Counted from the first letter of the stretch, positions 10,969 through 25,380 are shown. The stretch is 64,000 bases of DNA from Octopus sinensis (GCF_006345805.1 NC_043018.1:7998001-8062000), one strand, 5' to 3'. The notes: generated by a model not told the origin, from the letters alone. Numbers and translations are program-made.

Positions 10969-11543
10969 GTTGGTAAAGGTTTCTTTTTCTTTTCATTTCA
11001 CCCAGTGACACGTAATCTCCCATTAACCCATTTGTGTGTGATACAGACTCTCCGGTTCCTATTGACCTGAAAATGTGAACCAAACCAAACCAAACCCCCC
11101 TTCCCCTGAAATGTCTTATTTTTTCTAAAATCAAACCGGACCCAATTCAAAGAGAGTTAGAACCCACTAGACTTCTATTCCAGGTAATATAGTCTTTAAG
11201 TTGAAGGGACATCAACATAGATGTAACCATAGCGAGTGTCAGAAATTATTATGTGCCACAAGGAAACATCACATTCAGAAACTCTCTCCATCACACTTCA
11301 AGAGATCACCATTATAAGAGTTTGGTTCCTGTCTTGCACTCTTAACAAAGGAGTACAAAGGAAGTAACTCCCTACCTATGAAGACCTTACCACATCCCAA
11401 CTCCATCCCCAATCTGTGACTAACACTGACTACCATGGGCCTAACCCTCTCAGTACATAGTTATAAGTTCAATACCTTCTACTAGCTAATTTCTAGAATT
11501 GTTACTCAATGGTATTCCTTCAGTATAGTGTGCATGATCATAG

Positions 11544-11597
<54 letters not shown>

Positions 11598-12463
11598 GTA
11601 CTGTTCCATGATAGAAAATTCAACAAAAAAAAAGGCATCGAGCTGGCAGAACCGTTAGCACGCTGAGCGAAATGCTTAGCAGTATTTCGTCTGCCGCTAC
11701 ATTCTGAGTTCAAATTCCGCCGAGGTCAACTTTGCCTTTCATCCTTTTGGGGTCGATTAAATAAGTACCAGTTACGCACTGAGGTCGATATAATCGACTT
11801 AATCCGTTTGTCTGTCCTTGTTTGTCCTCTCTTTGCTTAGCCCCTTGTGGATAGTAAAGAAATAGGTATTTCATCTACTGTTACGTTCTGAGTTCAAATT
11901 CCACTGAGGTCAACTTTGCCTTTCATCCTTTTGGGGTTGATAAATTAAGTACCAGTTATGCACTGGGGTCGATATAATCAAGTTAATCCCATTGTCTATC
12001 CTTGTTTGTCCCCTCTGTGTTTAGCCCCTTGTGGGCAATAAAGAAATAAGAAAAATTCAACAAAAAAGTACTCCATCTGGCGTTTACTTTCCATATGTTG
12101 TCTTCTCAGTTTTTTTTTTTTTTGCGTTTCTTCTATTATTCAATGTTTTTAGTTCATTATTATAGGAGGATTGCACCTGAAGAATATGTCTGAGCATTTC
12201 TCAACATATGAAACTAGCGGACGTTAAACGACAATGATGATATATATATATATATATATATACTCTTTTACTCGTTTCAGTCATTTGACTGCGGCCATGC
12301 TGGAGCACCGCCTTTAGTCGAGCAAATCGACCCCGGGACTTATTCTTTGTTAGCCCAGTACTTATTCTATCGGTCTCTTTTGCCGAACCGCTAAGTAACG
12401 GGGACATAAACACACCAGCATCGGTTGTCAAGCAATGCTAGGGGACAAACACAGACACACAAT

Positions 12464-12550
<87 letters not shown>

Positions 12551-13214
12551 GACAGGCTTCTTTCAGTTTCCGTCTACCAAATCCACTCACAAGGCATTGG
12601 TCGGCCGGGGCTATAGCAGAAGACACTTGCCCAAGATGCCACGCAGTGGGCCTGAACCCGGAACCATGTGGTTGGTTAGCAAGCTACTTACCACACAGCC
12701 ACTCCTATTAAAATTGAAAGAATTGGAGTCAAGAAGGAGTATGGTTGAACAGTTATTTTTTAATTACCACAATTGTTTCCATGCAATGTAGTTCTCCCAA
12801 AATACAGGTATTTGATTATGCATCTGTTTGTCTGCAGAATGAGATCTTGTTGTGTTTCCTCAGGCAATTTTCTAGTGTTGTCTCCATAGCAAAAAATGGT
12901 ATGAAAAGATGGCGGCATGGATTTCCACCTCGGCATCCGAACCTCGGAGTTTTATCATGGCTACCGAGTAATTGTCCCATATTACATTTACAGATAAATT
13001 CCTCTATTTACTTAATATCGAGGTCTCTTTCATTCTTTTGCTGTCTTACCAATTTTATCAATATATATACATATATATATATATATAAATGACAGCTAAT
13101 CATCAACTTCGACCAATTTCTTGTAGTAGAAATACTCATGGTACAGCTAGCATGATGACAACACCAGTAAATGAAGTCAGGAGGAAAAAGATGTGTGGGG
13201 ATTTACGGTTCTAT

Positions 13215-13254
<40 letters not shown>

Positions 13255-13351
13255 GTAGACATGCAATTTGTTGTCATATTAGAATTTTTTCATTGTAAAA
13301 TAAAATTTCATCAAACTATTTCTCTCTTATTTATGACTTTGTATATGTATA

Positions 13352-13472
<121 letters not shown>

Positions 13473-13956
13473 ATAACATATATATAATATATATATGGCT
13501 ATGTGGTAAGTAGCTTGTTTACCAACCACATGGCTCGGGTTCAGTCCCACTGCGTGGCACCTTGGGCAAGTGTCCTCTACTGTAGCCTCGGGCCAACCAA
13601 AGCCTTGTGAGTGGATTTGGTAGACGGAAACTGAAAGAAGCCCGTCGTATATATATATATGTGTGTGTGTTTGTGCGTCTATGTTTGTCCCCCTAGCATT
13701 GCTTGACAACCGATGCTGGTGTGTTTACATCACCGTAACTTAGCTGTTCGGCAAAAGAGACCAATAGAATAAGTACTAGGCTTACAAAGAATAAGTCCTG
13801 GGGTCGATTTGCTCGACTAAAGGCGGTGCTCCAGCATGGCCACAGTCAAATGACTGAAACAAGTAAAAGAGTAAAGAGAGAGTAGAGTATACATACAATT
13901 TGTTGTGATATTAGAATTTTTTCATTGTAAGATCTCTTATTTATGACTTTGTATAT

Positions 13957-14000
<44 letters not shown>

Positions 14001-14002
<2 letters not shown>

Positions 14003-14375
14003 TAAGCAATAAAGGGTTTAGCAACGAATTGCCTTACCACATACCGAATTTAGAAATAGCAGTCAAAGAGTTATAGCTATTTCTTCTACCAAAAAGGGAG
14101 ATCTCAGTAAAAACAGCAATTGGAAGGCAGACACAAACAGGTAAGAGAGAATGAATTGACGGCAATCTATCATACATTTTTAAGTAGATAACTTAAAAAT
14201 GTATGATAGATTGCCGTCAATTCATTCTCTCTTACCTGTTTGTGTCTGCCTTCCAATTGCTGTTTTTACTGAGATCTCCCTTTTTGGTAGAAGAAATAGC
14301 TATAACTCTTTGACTGCTATTTCTAAATTCGGTATGTGGTAAGGCAATTCGTTGCTAAACCCTTTATTGCTTAGT
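14001..14375. repeat. Perfect fold-back palindrome (~185-bp arms, 5-nt loop); related inverted repeats at ~18530-18760 and ~48570-48860
   Basis: Direct reverse-complement match around the loop agata (14186-14190). Confidence 0.9.
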
Positions 14376-14597
14376 ATTACTTAAATTTTCCTCGAATGAG
14401 GCTTTTACATGCCGAAGACTACTTGGTGTAATTGATAATTATTCCAAATTAATTAATTTCACCCTTCATTATTACGGATATATATATATATATACATACA
14501 TATACAAAGTTCCTTTTCCCATTGTAAAAAGCTCTTTAGACATTTAGGTCTTGTTCTGTTTCTCCTCTCTAATGTTCATCTTTTCTACTTTCCATAG

Positions 14598-14620
14598 ACT
14601 ATGTGGTTCCTGTAAATAAA
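14598..14620 (+). CDS. SH2 adaptor 23-nt microexon: (D)YVVPVNK
   Basis: ttttctactttccatag acceptor, AAA|gtaagt donor; phase 1 to 0; DYVVPV matches a vertebrate BLNK phosphotyrosine motif as recalled. Confidence 0.85.
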
Positions 14621-15534
14621 GTAAGTATATTCACAAAAGTATATATATGATTATGTAAATTTTTGTATATGGATATATATATATATATGCGTATATGTAT
14701 GCATGTGAGTGTGTGTGTGTGTGTGTGTGGTATGTAAAAAGCACCCATTACACTTTTGGAATGGTTGACATTAGGAACGGTTGCCATCCAGCTGTAGAAA
14801 CCCTGCCAAATCAGACTGGAACTTGGTGCAGCTCTCCGGCTTACCAGTTCTCGTCAAACTCTAACCCATGCCAGCATGGAAAATGGATGTTAAATAATGA
14901 AGATGATGGTGATGGTGATAATGATGATGATGATATAGTTATGTGTGTGTGTGTGTAGTGAAAGTACACGGCTTAGTGGTTAGAGTGTTGGGTTCACAAT
15001 CATGAGGTAGTGAGTTCGATTCCCCAGCCCGGTTCTTTGTTGTATTCTTGAACAAGACACTTTATTTCACGTTGCTCCAGTTCACTCAGCTGTAGAAATG
15101 AGTTGCGATGTCACTGGTGCCAAGCTGTATCAGCCCCTTTGCCTTTCCCTTGGATAACATCAGTGTCATGCTGGGGGGAGACTGGTATGCATGGGTGACT
15201 GCTGGTCTTCCATAAGAAACCACCTTGCCTAGACTTGTGCGTTAGAGAACTTTCTAGGTGCATCCCATAATCATTCATGACTGAAGGGGGTCATTCTATA
15301 TGTACATGTGTGTCCATGTGTAATTTTTTTTTCTCTGTGTATATGTATGTGTGCATGTGCATGCATACATATGTTTGTGTCTTTATGGACATGTGTGTGT
15401 ACATATATGTAAGGATGTGCACATATATATATATATATGTGTGTGTGTGTTGTCTGTATGTATGTGTCCATGAGTATATACACATGAACATTGTGTATGT
15501 ATGTTTACAATTTTGTAACCCCTGATAACATCCA

Positions 15535-16015
15535 TATCAACACATGGTTTGATACCGCATGCTTCTTGGTCTCAAGCATTTGTCATATGAAGAAAGGCTG
15601 AAGACGCTCGACCTTTATTCTCTTGAAAAAGGACGATGCCGTGGTGATCTCATTCTCGCTCACAACATCATAAGCAGAAAGTGTAACCTCTCGAAAGAGC
15701 TGTTCTTCACTCCTGCTCCAGAGCGTCGACTGCGGGGTCACTCCAAAAAGCTCTAACTGTGACGATTTCATCTCAATTGAAGGAGAGGGGCTTTCTCCGT
15801 CCGGGTTGCGGATCTGTGGAATAAGCTGCCGGACGAGATAGTGAAGATGCCGACGACCGCTCGGTTCAAAGTCTCTCTTGACCAGAAATGGCCTGAACTT
15901 TTTGCATGAACACCCTCCCTGTACATAACTCCATGTCCCCCTACATGGCCTTGCTTTTGCTTTTTGAGCCAAAAAATTAACTTAACTTAACTTAACACAA
16001 GACAGAAATATAGAC
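15535..16015 (+). mobile_element. CR1-type LINE 3' fragment, family 2, (CTTAA)n tail; second copy 62112-62372(-)
   Basis: LSYEERLKTLDLYSLE...RGDLI...RGHSKKL motif. Confidence 0.85.
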
Positions 16016-17195
16016 GATATTAAAGGAATTCTGACAGGAATAAACGAGCAGTTTAAAAACCCGCTTTTAAGTAAGACACTCAAAATAGACTCATAGTTTG
16101 GGGTCAGTGATACTAGGAGTGGTAGCAAATGTAGACTTGGCAGTCTAAGCTGATGCTGGTACCCCAGCATGGCCACAGCTCTTGACCTGAAACTAGTTAA
16201 AGAGTTAAATATGAGAAAGTGGCTTTTATACATACCATATTTTAACATGTATAAGGAACCCTTTTTTGTCAAAAATTAGGTTAAAAAAATATAGGAGTTT
16301 CTTCTACATGGATAGTATTATAATCCCTTACAAAACCTTTTTTCCATATTTTAAGCCCTAAAAATTAGGGGGTTCCTTATATACATTAAAATACAGTAAT
16401 TCTGATGAGCCAAATTGGGTATGTGTCATTACAGTGATCCCTCAGAAATATATTATTGCATCTGAGACCCCCTTCAGTCATGACTGACCATGGGATTGCA
16501 CCCAGAAAGTTACCCTCCCAGGCACAAGTCCAGGTAAGGTTGTTTATGGAAGACCAGCAGTTGCCCATGCATACGGGCCTCCCTTCTCCACACCACCGAT
16601 GTTATCCAAGGGAAAGGCAAAGGGGCCGATACAGCTTGGCACCTGTGATGTCGCAACTCATTTCTACAGCTGAGTGAACTGGAGCAACGTGAAATAAAGT
16701 GTCTTGCTCAAGAACACAACATGCAGCCTGGTCTGGGATTCGAGCTCACAACCTCGTGATTGTAAACTCAACGCTCTAACCACTGAGCTATGCACCTTCA
16801 CAATTATTGCGTAATATAGCAATATTCATAAGATGGAATTCCGATGAAACAATTGTAAATTGATGTAATAAAAAGACTCACTCACTTCATGTTTCTTGTT
16901 CATAATAATATATATATATCGAAAAAATGATCAAATGTCCTTCCCAAGCCATAGGCTCATAAGAGACCAGTTTTCCAGATTTTTTGGCATTCCCCCTACC
17001 CCTTGATGGGATGCTAATCTCTCATGGTTCTTCATTTTTGCCAGCTGAGCGGACTGGAACAAAATGAAAGGAAGTGTTTTGCACAAGAACACGACTCACT
17101 GCCCTTTTCTGGAATCGAAACCACAAGCTTATGATCATGGAATCATGGATGCAAACACCCTCACCACTAAGCTATGCACTTCCTATCTCTTTCTC

Positions 17196-17233
<38 letters not shown>

Positions 17234-17396
17234 TGCAGGAGTGGCTGTGTGGTAAGTAGCTTGCTAACCAACCACATGGTTCCGGGTTCAGTCCCACTGC
17301 GTGGCATCTTGGGCAAGTGTCTTCTGCTATAGCCCCGGGCCGACCAATGCCTTGTGAGTGGATTTAGTAGATGGAAACTGAAAGAAGCCTGTTGTA

Positions 17397-17465
<69 letters not shown>

Positions 17466-18164
17466 GTGTGTCTGTGTTTGTCCCCCTAGCATTGCTTGAC
17501 AACCGATGCTGGTGTGTTTACGTCCCCGTCACTTAGCGGTTCGGCAAAAGAGACCGATAGAATAAGTACTGGGCTTACAAAGAATAAGTCCCAGGGTCGA
17601 GTTGCTCAACTAAAGGCAGTGCTCCATCATGGCCGCAGTCAAATGACTGAAACAAGTAAAAGAGTATATATATACACATACATACATGCTCACACACACA
17701 CACTAGGAATTCTCTTTACTCAAAAAGTTTTGTTGCTTTGTCAGCAACTGGCTTGAACTTTCTTAAGAAGAACTTAGATACAACTCAAAGAAAAAACATA
17801 CATACATATATGTAATATGAGAAACTGTAATAGGAAGAGCAAAGGGCAATTCACCTACCTCTCGGGTTCCCTTTCGGTGTCAACTGTCCAACTGGGTTAA
17901 ATCCAAGAAGCGCTCTACCTGTCTAACCTATTGCTAGAAGCTATAGTAAATTACCTCTCTAACTCTGTCTACACACATCCATCCACTCCCTTTACATGAG
18001 GCCAAAGAGGTCCATGCTGGTCTTACTTCTGCCTATGTGACCTCACTCAATCCTCTTCTTCCAGTAGGGCCCCTCAGCCATTGGTCCTTTCCTCCTGATT
18101 CCCCTCATCTCCATAACACACATACACACACACACACACATATATACATACATACATATATATA

Positions 18165-18430
18165 TCATCATCATCATCATCATCGTTTAGCGTCCGCTTT
18201 CCATGCTAGCATGGGTTGGACGGTTCAACTGGGGTCTGTGAAGCCAGAAGGCTGCATCAGGCCCAGTCTGATCTGGCAATGTTTCTACGGCTGGATGCCC
18301 TTCCTAACGCCAACCACTCCATGAGTGTAGTGGGTGCTTTTTATGTGCCACCGGCACGGGGGCCAGGCAAGGCTGGCAATGGCCACGAACGGATGGTGCT
18401 TTTTACGTGCCACCGGCACGGGGGCCAGGC
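18165..18430 (-). mobile_element. SINE-like family D with (GAT)n tail; others 10590-10810, 14720-14932, 20185-20345(-), 29795-30105(-), 50180-50432(-), 51355-51630(-), 54275-54790(-), 57060-57385
   Basis: Shared ggttggcgttaggaagggcatccagccgtagaaac core and ccaacccatgctagcatggaaagcggacg end. Confidence 0.8.
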
Positions 18431-18901
18431 GAGGCTAACAAAGGGTAAAATTAATTAATTAAGAAGTAATCAATAATTTCACCAAGTAGAATTCGGCATG
18501 AAAAAAGGACCATTTCATGGTAAACTTAAGTAATACTTAATAATTAGGGTTCAGCAAAGATTTGCTTTACCACATACCAAAGTTTAGAAATAGCAGCCAA
18601 AAAACGTTAGCTATTTCTTCTACTTTAAAAAAGGGACTCCCAGAAAAACCAAAATACTTGAAAACAAAAGTAGAAGAAATAGCTAACGTTTTTTGGCTGC
18701 TATTTCTAAACTTCGGTATATGGCAAAGCAAATCTTTGCTGAACCCTAATTATTAAGTATGGAATAAACTGCCTGCATCAGTTGTTGACTGCCATGACAC
18801 TGCATCCTTTAAGGCCCTCATGCTTCCCGAAATCCGTCGAAACTACACCTGATTATATATACACTTTAGATGAGTTGTAGTGCACCTGAGCACTGTACAC
18901 A

Positions 18902-18934
<33 letters not shown>

Positions 18935-18978
18935 AATATATATATATATAAATAATTTTCTTCGTTTTTTTTCTTCAG

Positions 18979-19000
18979 TCTACCTGGCAACAGTCAAAAA
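18979..19000 (+). CDS. SH2 adaptor 22-nt microexon: STWQQSK(N)
   Basis: ttttttttcttcag acceptor, AAA|gtaagt donor; phase 0 to 1 links 14620 to 21304. Confidence 0.75.
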
Positions 19001-19423
19001 GTAAGTTGAAAATAAATTTCTCCTCTCAATAAAATTAATTTATTCTTTTATTCTGTTGAAGGCTTCCTTCATTAGGTTGCCACCATGTGACACATTAATC
19101 TTCAAAGGTTTTTTTATTTCATTATTGATCAATCAACCACATCTCAGTCTCATAGTTTCTTTTTATTTGATTTGGTTAAGTTTTAGCCTTTTTATTGGGG
19201 GGGGGGATTAATAGCAAACTTAAAAGCACACGTCGGGGTCATAAACTACTTCTTTCTGTAGGCGTAGGAGCGGCCATGTAGTAAGTAGCTTGCTTACCAA
19301 CCACATGGTTCTGGGTTCAATCCCACTGCGTGGCACCTTGGGCAAGTGTCTTCTACTATAGCCTCGGGCTGACCAAAGCCTTGTGAGTGGATTTGGTAGA
19401 CAGAAACTGAAAGAAGCCCATCG

Positions 19424-19492
<69 letters not shown>

Positions 19493-20679
19493 TTGTGCAT
19501 CAGTGTTTGTCCCCCCAACATAGCTCGACAACCGATACTGGTGTGTTTGGGTCCCTGTGCCTTAGCAGTTCGGCAAAGGAGACCGATAGAATAAGTCCTG
19601 GGGTCGAGTTGCTCGACTAAAGGCGGTGCTCCAGCATGGCCACAGTCAAATGACTGAAACCAGAAAAAAAAGAAACTCATTGAAGCACTAGTTTACACAC
19701 ACACACACACGTACACAAGCACAAATATTGATATACAAACAAATACAAATGTACTCATACATAAATACAGACACACACACACTCAAATATAAACACACAC
19801 ACAAATATAGACATACAACAAATACTGACAAACTCATATATTTCTTTACTACCCACAAAGGGGCCAAACACAGAGGGGATGAACAAGGACAGACAAACGG
19901 ATTAAGTCGATTATAATGACCCCAGTGCGTAACTGGTACTTATTTAATCGATCCCGAAAGGATGAAAGGCAAAGTCGGCTTCGGTGGAATTTGAACTCAG
20001 AACGTAACGGCAGACGAAATACGGTTACGCATCTCGCCCGGTGTGCTAACGTTTCTGCCAGCATGCCGCCTTAAACTCACATACAAACACAGACTGACAC
20101 ACACACAGACATGCATACACTCACAAATGCAGACACTCACTCAAGTATACACACATACACACAATTACAGACAAACAGATGCACATCATCATCATCATCA
20201 TCGTTTAGCGTCCGTTCTCCATGCTAGCATGGGTTGGACGGTTCTACTGGGGTCTGTGAAGCCAGAAGGCTTCATCAGGCCCAGTCAAATCTGGCAGTGT
20301 TTCTACGGCTGGATGCCCTTCCTAACGCCAATGCCCTTCCTAACGCCATGTATATACACATGCACAAGTTGAACAATGCACGAAATACAATAGTCTTAAT
20401 TAATACAACAATATAATAGCAGTGACACAACAATGTGAAAACTGATAAAATAATTCAATAATATTTGCAACAAATTTAATCCTTTAGCATTTAAACCGAC
20501 TATGTCCGAGCAAAATATTCTGCCTGCTTTATGTTCAGACTGGCCAGATCCAGTCTCTCACACCTACTCTACAATGTCATTTCTAAAATTAGACAACAGC
20601 ATTGTTGAAATCTCAAAGCAACAAGATAATACAGGATTAATTCAAAGCAATGTGAATAAATAAGCTTTACATTTGATAT

Positions 20680-21160
20680 GTGAGGTCACTTTCGAGTGCT
20701 ACTGGTATTATGCAACCCAGTACAACCTGTTGCATTGGTCAGGTCGTCGGCGACTAAACCGGCAACCCCACCAAGCTTACTTGGTAAGGAGGGTGTTTAT
20801 TGGACACCCTGCGGGATGAAAAACAAAACCTGTCAAAGGCGGAGGAACTCTTGAGAGTCAACGGCCATCCAATAAATGTCTTAAAGCTGTATCACGTGCG
20901 GGGGCATAGAAATAATCGGACTGAATACCCGATCGCGCAGTTAAACCATTGGGAGTGAAGGACTCCTAGCCTTTGTTAGGGCATCCTTCGAGGAGAAGGT
21001 AACTCAGGTAACTGGGATGACTCCGACATAAAACCTGCGGCTCAGTGGTTACCGATGATGTTGACTTGTTCTTCTTTTCGGATTATGGCTGCTGTTGCTT
21101 AGTGAGTGGGATTGACTCAGTGCACAGCCTTTCTTCTTGCACAGGCATTGCACGATAACA
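20680..21160 (+). mobile_element. Probable RTE-type LINE 5' region
   Basis: GC-richer structured leader, gggcatcc...ggagaagg...actc and taaaacc motifs seen in RTE 5'UTRs (inference). Confidence 0.45.
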
Positions 21161-21303
21161 ACATTGATTAAGCTTCGTGCAATGGCCATACTCGATAACG
21201 AGGGGGCAGCCACCATACATTTGATAGAGAGTTAATCTGAACCCTAAAGAGTTAAAGCTTAAAATAAAACAAACAAAACAAATTACTTGGTTTCTTTTTT
21301 CAG

Positions 21304-21393
21304 ATTCATTAATTTCACCTATGACACAAAAAGAAATGTCTAAAAGAAAGAAGTTACCAATTCCACCATTGTTCAATACTCCAAATGATGCTG
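21304..21393 (+). CDS. SH2 adaptor exon: SLISPMTQKEMSKRKKLPIPPLFNTPNDA
   Basis: tttcttttttcag acceptor, CTG|gtgagt donor; one open frame, phase 1 to 1; PxxP motif. Confidence 0.85.
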
Positions 21394-21839
21394 GTGAGTA
21401 GTTCTACCTCCTTCTTTCTTTCTTTCATTTCTTTAGTTCTTTCCTGCCTTTTCCTTCCTTTATTCCAGATGTCCTATGGTTTTTACCTTTATAATAATAA
21501 TAATAATGAAATTATTGTATACAGTGCTCAGGTGCACCACAACTTCTCAAAAGTGTGTATAAAGCATATGCAGTAATGTACAAATGTCTGGAAAACGAAC
21601 AATATATGAGTCAGATACATGCCTGTGTGTGTATGGAGGGGGGAAAAATCAGGTGTAGTGTTGGCGAATCTCAGGAAGCATGGAAGTTTTGAAGGATGCA
21701 GTGCTCCAACAACTAACAACTGATGCCGGCAGTTGTTAGTTGTCGGAGCACTGCATCCTTATATAAATGGTTTTTCCTTCCTTGAGGTTTTCCCATGACT
21801 TTTCTCCCAAAACAGAATTATGACAAACATCTTTTAACA

Positions 21840-22235
21840 TCTATAACACTATCTATCTATCTATTTATCCGCTCAGTCGAAGTCAACTCTCGGTTACTCG
21901 TTGGATCAGTGTCCTCCAGTCAGTTCTATCCTGGGCCGCTTCTTTCAGATTGGCTATGTCCATTCCGGTGTCACTCTTGATGGTGTCAAGCCAGCGGGTT
22001 CTTGGTCAGCCTCTTCCTCTCTTGCCACTGACCATTCCGAGCATGATGTCCTTCTCCAGGGATTTTCTCCGCATAATATTACCGAAATATACCAATCTAT
22101 GCATATTGAACTGTAAAACACCAAGTCATTCCAGTTTAATTCTTTTACCGTAATGTTTACTAGCATAAAAGCCATACTCTGTGTAGATTTCACTCTGACT
22201 TCTGCGGCGGGGTAATTGGGCCGGCGACCCAAAAC
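21840..22235 (-). mobile_element. RTE (BovB-like) LINE 3' end with (ATAG)n tail; other RTE fragments 35225-35455(-), 42690-42860(-), 43715-44075(+)
   Basis: Minus translation YFGNIMRRKSLEKDIMLGMVSGKRGRG*PRTRWLDTIKSDTG...AAQDRTDWR. Confidence 0.85.
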
Positions 22236-22872
22236 TAAAGACAGCTAAATAACATGACTATAATACATTTATAATGATAGTATGTCCTGGTGGTGTTTGA
22301 TCAGGGGTTAAGGACAGGTGAGAATTAATTCTGTGCTGCAATCATTCTATTGTTCCAGTCCCAAGTTGAACTCCAACTGTTAGCGAATTTGTCACAAAAT
22401 TCTCATCTTGATGTAGAATTAACGAAGCGAATGTCATTTATCTCCCCCCCCCACCTTGATCTCTGACATTATATAATGAATGCCAACCATGATGGTGTGT
22501 ATTAGCCTGCTAGAAATAGCAACCCAAATGCTCTTAAGTCAGATCCCAATGCTGGATGTTCAAGAACCAAATGAAGGGCAGATTTTCAGTTCCGGGATCA
22601 TCCTGATTCCAAAAGGTTATAATGTGTCTATGTAGGGGCAGATGTAGACCGAGATATAGGGGTCCCAGACAGACAGAATTATCACTTTTAATATTATAGA
22701 TTATTTTGTTTTGATAAATAGTTGTTGTTATTGTTGTTGCTGTTATTATTGTTATTATTACTTATTTATTTTTTCAAGAGCTTATTTTTGTAATGTGTAT
22801 TATCTTTTTCATTTATTTTTGTCTCTTTTTCATTGTTTTTTTTTTTCATTTTCATTTATTTTTATTTTCTAG

Positions 22873-22901
22873 AAAGTTTACATCAACAAGATCCCCTGGC
22901 C
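22873..22901 (+). CDS. SH2 adaptor 29-nt microexon: (E)SLHQQDPLA
   Basis: tttattttctag acceptor, GCC|gtaagt donor; phase 1 to 0. Confidence 0.85.
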
Positions 22902-23196
22902 GTAAGTTGGTGATTCTGTATCTCCTTCTGTCCTCCCATGCATATTATAACATTCATAATAGTTATATTATATAAACAGTAGAATCACAGAAACCACTGT
23001 TCTGACCCATCACAAACTATCATCAAAATCCATCATTAATATCAACCCAATAGCTACTGATAAAAACAAGTTCTCAATGTTTTTACCTCAGACCTAATTG
23101 GCCAGCTGCTTGCTGATGTCATTAATCTCAAACAAAATCTTATTTAGATGTTATTTTAACATTTGAATACAATGATTTGGGTGACAGCCGCTAGAG

Positions 23197-23432
23197 CAAT
23201 GTTTCTCAACTGTTTTTCACCTATGGGCCACTTTGGTTCTTAATCTAATTTGGATGGACCATCCTAGCCATTCAGTGTTTAAAAATATCATATATTTTTG
23301 TAATTAAATATTATTAGGGATTGTATGAAAAAAAGTTGTTAAAATATTCCATGAATTGTAGATGTATAACAAATTTATTGCAGATAAATTTTAACAACAA
23401 AATCTTATATGGACCCCAGTTGAGAACCACTG
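23197..23432. mobile_element. hAT (Charlie/MER5-like) MITE, old
   Basis: TIRs caatgtttctcaact / agttgagaaccactg; left flank ctagag. Confidence 0.6.
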
Positions 23433-24454
23433 TTCAAAAGGGCTCCAGATAATTTTAATAAATCACAAATGTTTGTTGTACGGTATTTGATTATATCTGT
23501 GTCTGTCAATATATTTCAAATACATGACACGGGCCACTCTGAGTTATTTCCCTTTGTTCTTTTTTGCTTGAATTGTGCATATTACCTAGGCCATAAACAT
23601 GTTCTACTCCTTTTTATATAAACCTAAGTTTCTTGGCGACTAGACATAATGCCAGGCAGTTGTTGCACTGATGATGGCTATTGGGCCTGAAACATGTGCA
23701 CAAATGTCATCTTGTCCTCTTCCTTTATGACATGTCAACTGTGAAGCATTCTTGATTTTTAATTATCTCCCCTTCTCATGTGAAGCTGGCCTTCATTGCC
23801 ATTTGGTAATTATGATACATCCTCTAGAAGTGAAAATAATTTTAATAAATCAAGAATTTATGTTGCATGGTATTTATCTATGTTATTCAAATACAGGCTA
23901 CTGACTACTCTGCGTTATTTCCTTATGTTATTTCCATTGTGCAAAATACCAACACCACAAGTGTGTTCTACTCTTTATATATATATATACTAGCAGTATC
24001 GCCTGGCGTTGCTTGGGTTTGTTTCGACCCTTTAGAATTGGAATTTTTGAAAAGTAAAAATTTTGCATTATGTAGCTTGTTATTCTCTTCAAGTGAACAT
24101 TTTTCTGGTTGAAATACACCGAAAAATGACAACACAGCAGTCAAAAAATCGTAAACAATAGGGATTTTCATAGAAAAAAAGCACCTTTTTTTAATGTAAA
24201 TAATTTTTGGTGTTAACATGGTCTGATTTGAATTGTTTCTTCTACGGAATTAAGAGCAAGCCTTCTTCTATCATACTCTCAATTTTGGTCAACTTGCGCT
24301 GCAGGGTCTCGGAGGAGATTGTGTTAGTTGAAGGCTACCAACTCTGCCACACACACACAGACAACTTCAGCTTTATATATATAGATAACAAAATAATAAC
24401 CTAAAAATAATTGAAGAAAGTCATTTAAAAATATTTTTATCAAATCTTTTCCAG

Positions 24455-24520
24455 TTTGAATGGTTCCATAGCAGAAGCAATCGTGAAGTCATCAAAGAAC
24501 AGTTACTTCAACATGAAATG
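24455..24520 (+). CDS. SH2 domain N-terminal exon: FEWFHSRSNREVIKEQLLQHEM
   Basis: tcttttccag acceptor, ATG|gtattt donor; WFH...R start typical of SH2 betaA/alphaA. Confidence 0.88.
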
Positions 24521-25028
24521 GTATTTACTGGTTTTCTTGTTTCTCACCCCCACCCCGCATCTACTTACAATTGACAACTAAGTGGAAATGAATGTTAGAA
24601 TTTCTAATAAAGTTTTCTTAATTTAAATAAGATGAATGTATGCTTAAAACATTTACTTCCCAACCATATAGCTTTTAGGGGTTCAATCCCACTGCAGGGT
24701 GCCTTCTGCTATAGTCTTAGATCATCAATGCTTAGTGAGTATAATTTCATAGACAGTAACTGTATGGAAGCCCATTGTGCGTGTGTGTAGTTTGCTGCCT
24801 GTTCTGTTAAGGTAGGATCAATGAAAAAGTATTCCATCCAGTTAGGGATAAACATCATCTCCTGTGCACAGTATAGAGATATGAACTACTTATAGTTTCT
24901 TGCTGTGAAGACATGTGGCTTGGCAGGTCTCTGGAATCATAAGGCATGTTATTAAATCCTGCCTAGACACTTGTCTTCACAGCAAGAAACTGTTAGTAAC
25001 TCTTATCTTTATACTATATACATAAAAT

Positions 25029-25080
<52 letters not shown>

Positions 25081-25297
25081 CACATGCATATATATATTTG
25101 AGTAGTTGAATGAATTATCTTATTATGGATAATTCGGTTATCCGATACCTGGGTAGCAAATTCACGTCAGAAAAACACAGTTGAAGCTACATGCCTTGGG
25201 CAGAGATCACGTGCTTTCGTGTGGAAATTTGTGTGTTTTTTTAAATACAAATAAATGAAAGAATGGAGTTGAACGACAAATTAACAAAATTCTTTTA

Positions 25298-25380
25298 TTT
25301 TCGACATATGTTTCGAAGGCTGCATATTCCTAATTTCGAAGGAATAAGGGGTGCATTATGCCACCTTCTCATCAGGAAAA
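25298..25380 (-). ncRNA. Minimal hammerhead ribozyme motif, canonical core
   Basis: TTTTC-CTGATGA-GAAGG...CCTTC-GAAA-CATATG-TC^GAAAA; all stems pair, GUC triplet. Confidence 0.8.

Noticed and set aside
12905-12970. AAGATGGCGGC (YY1/start-like) CpG patch with short ORF MAAWISTS...
   Set aside because: No other promoter motifs; context resembles a TA-flanked repeat end.
10317-13166. Extra candidate microexons (10317, 10561-10581, 12864-12898, 13127-13166)
   Set aside because: Weaker splice sites, no motif support, and not needed for the phase-consistent model; minor isoforms cannot be excluded.
20685-20780. Possible HDV-like ribozyme in an RTE 5' leader (hairpin then CTAAACCGG)
   Set aside because: Could not assemble P1/P3/P1.1 in the required order by hand; needs an Infernal search.
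23660-23705. Hammerhead as a functional feature
   Set aside because: Core and stem II present, but the NUH triplet and stem I do not fit; kept only as a degenerate example.
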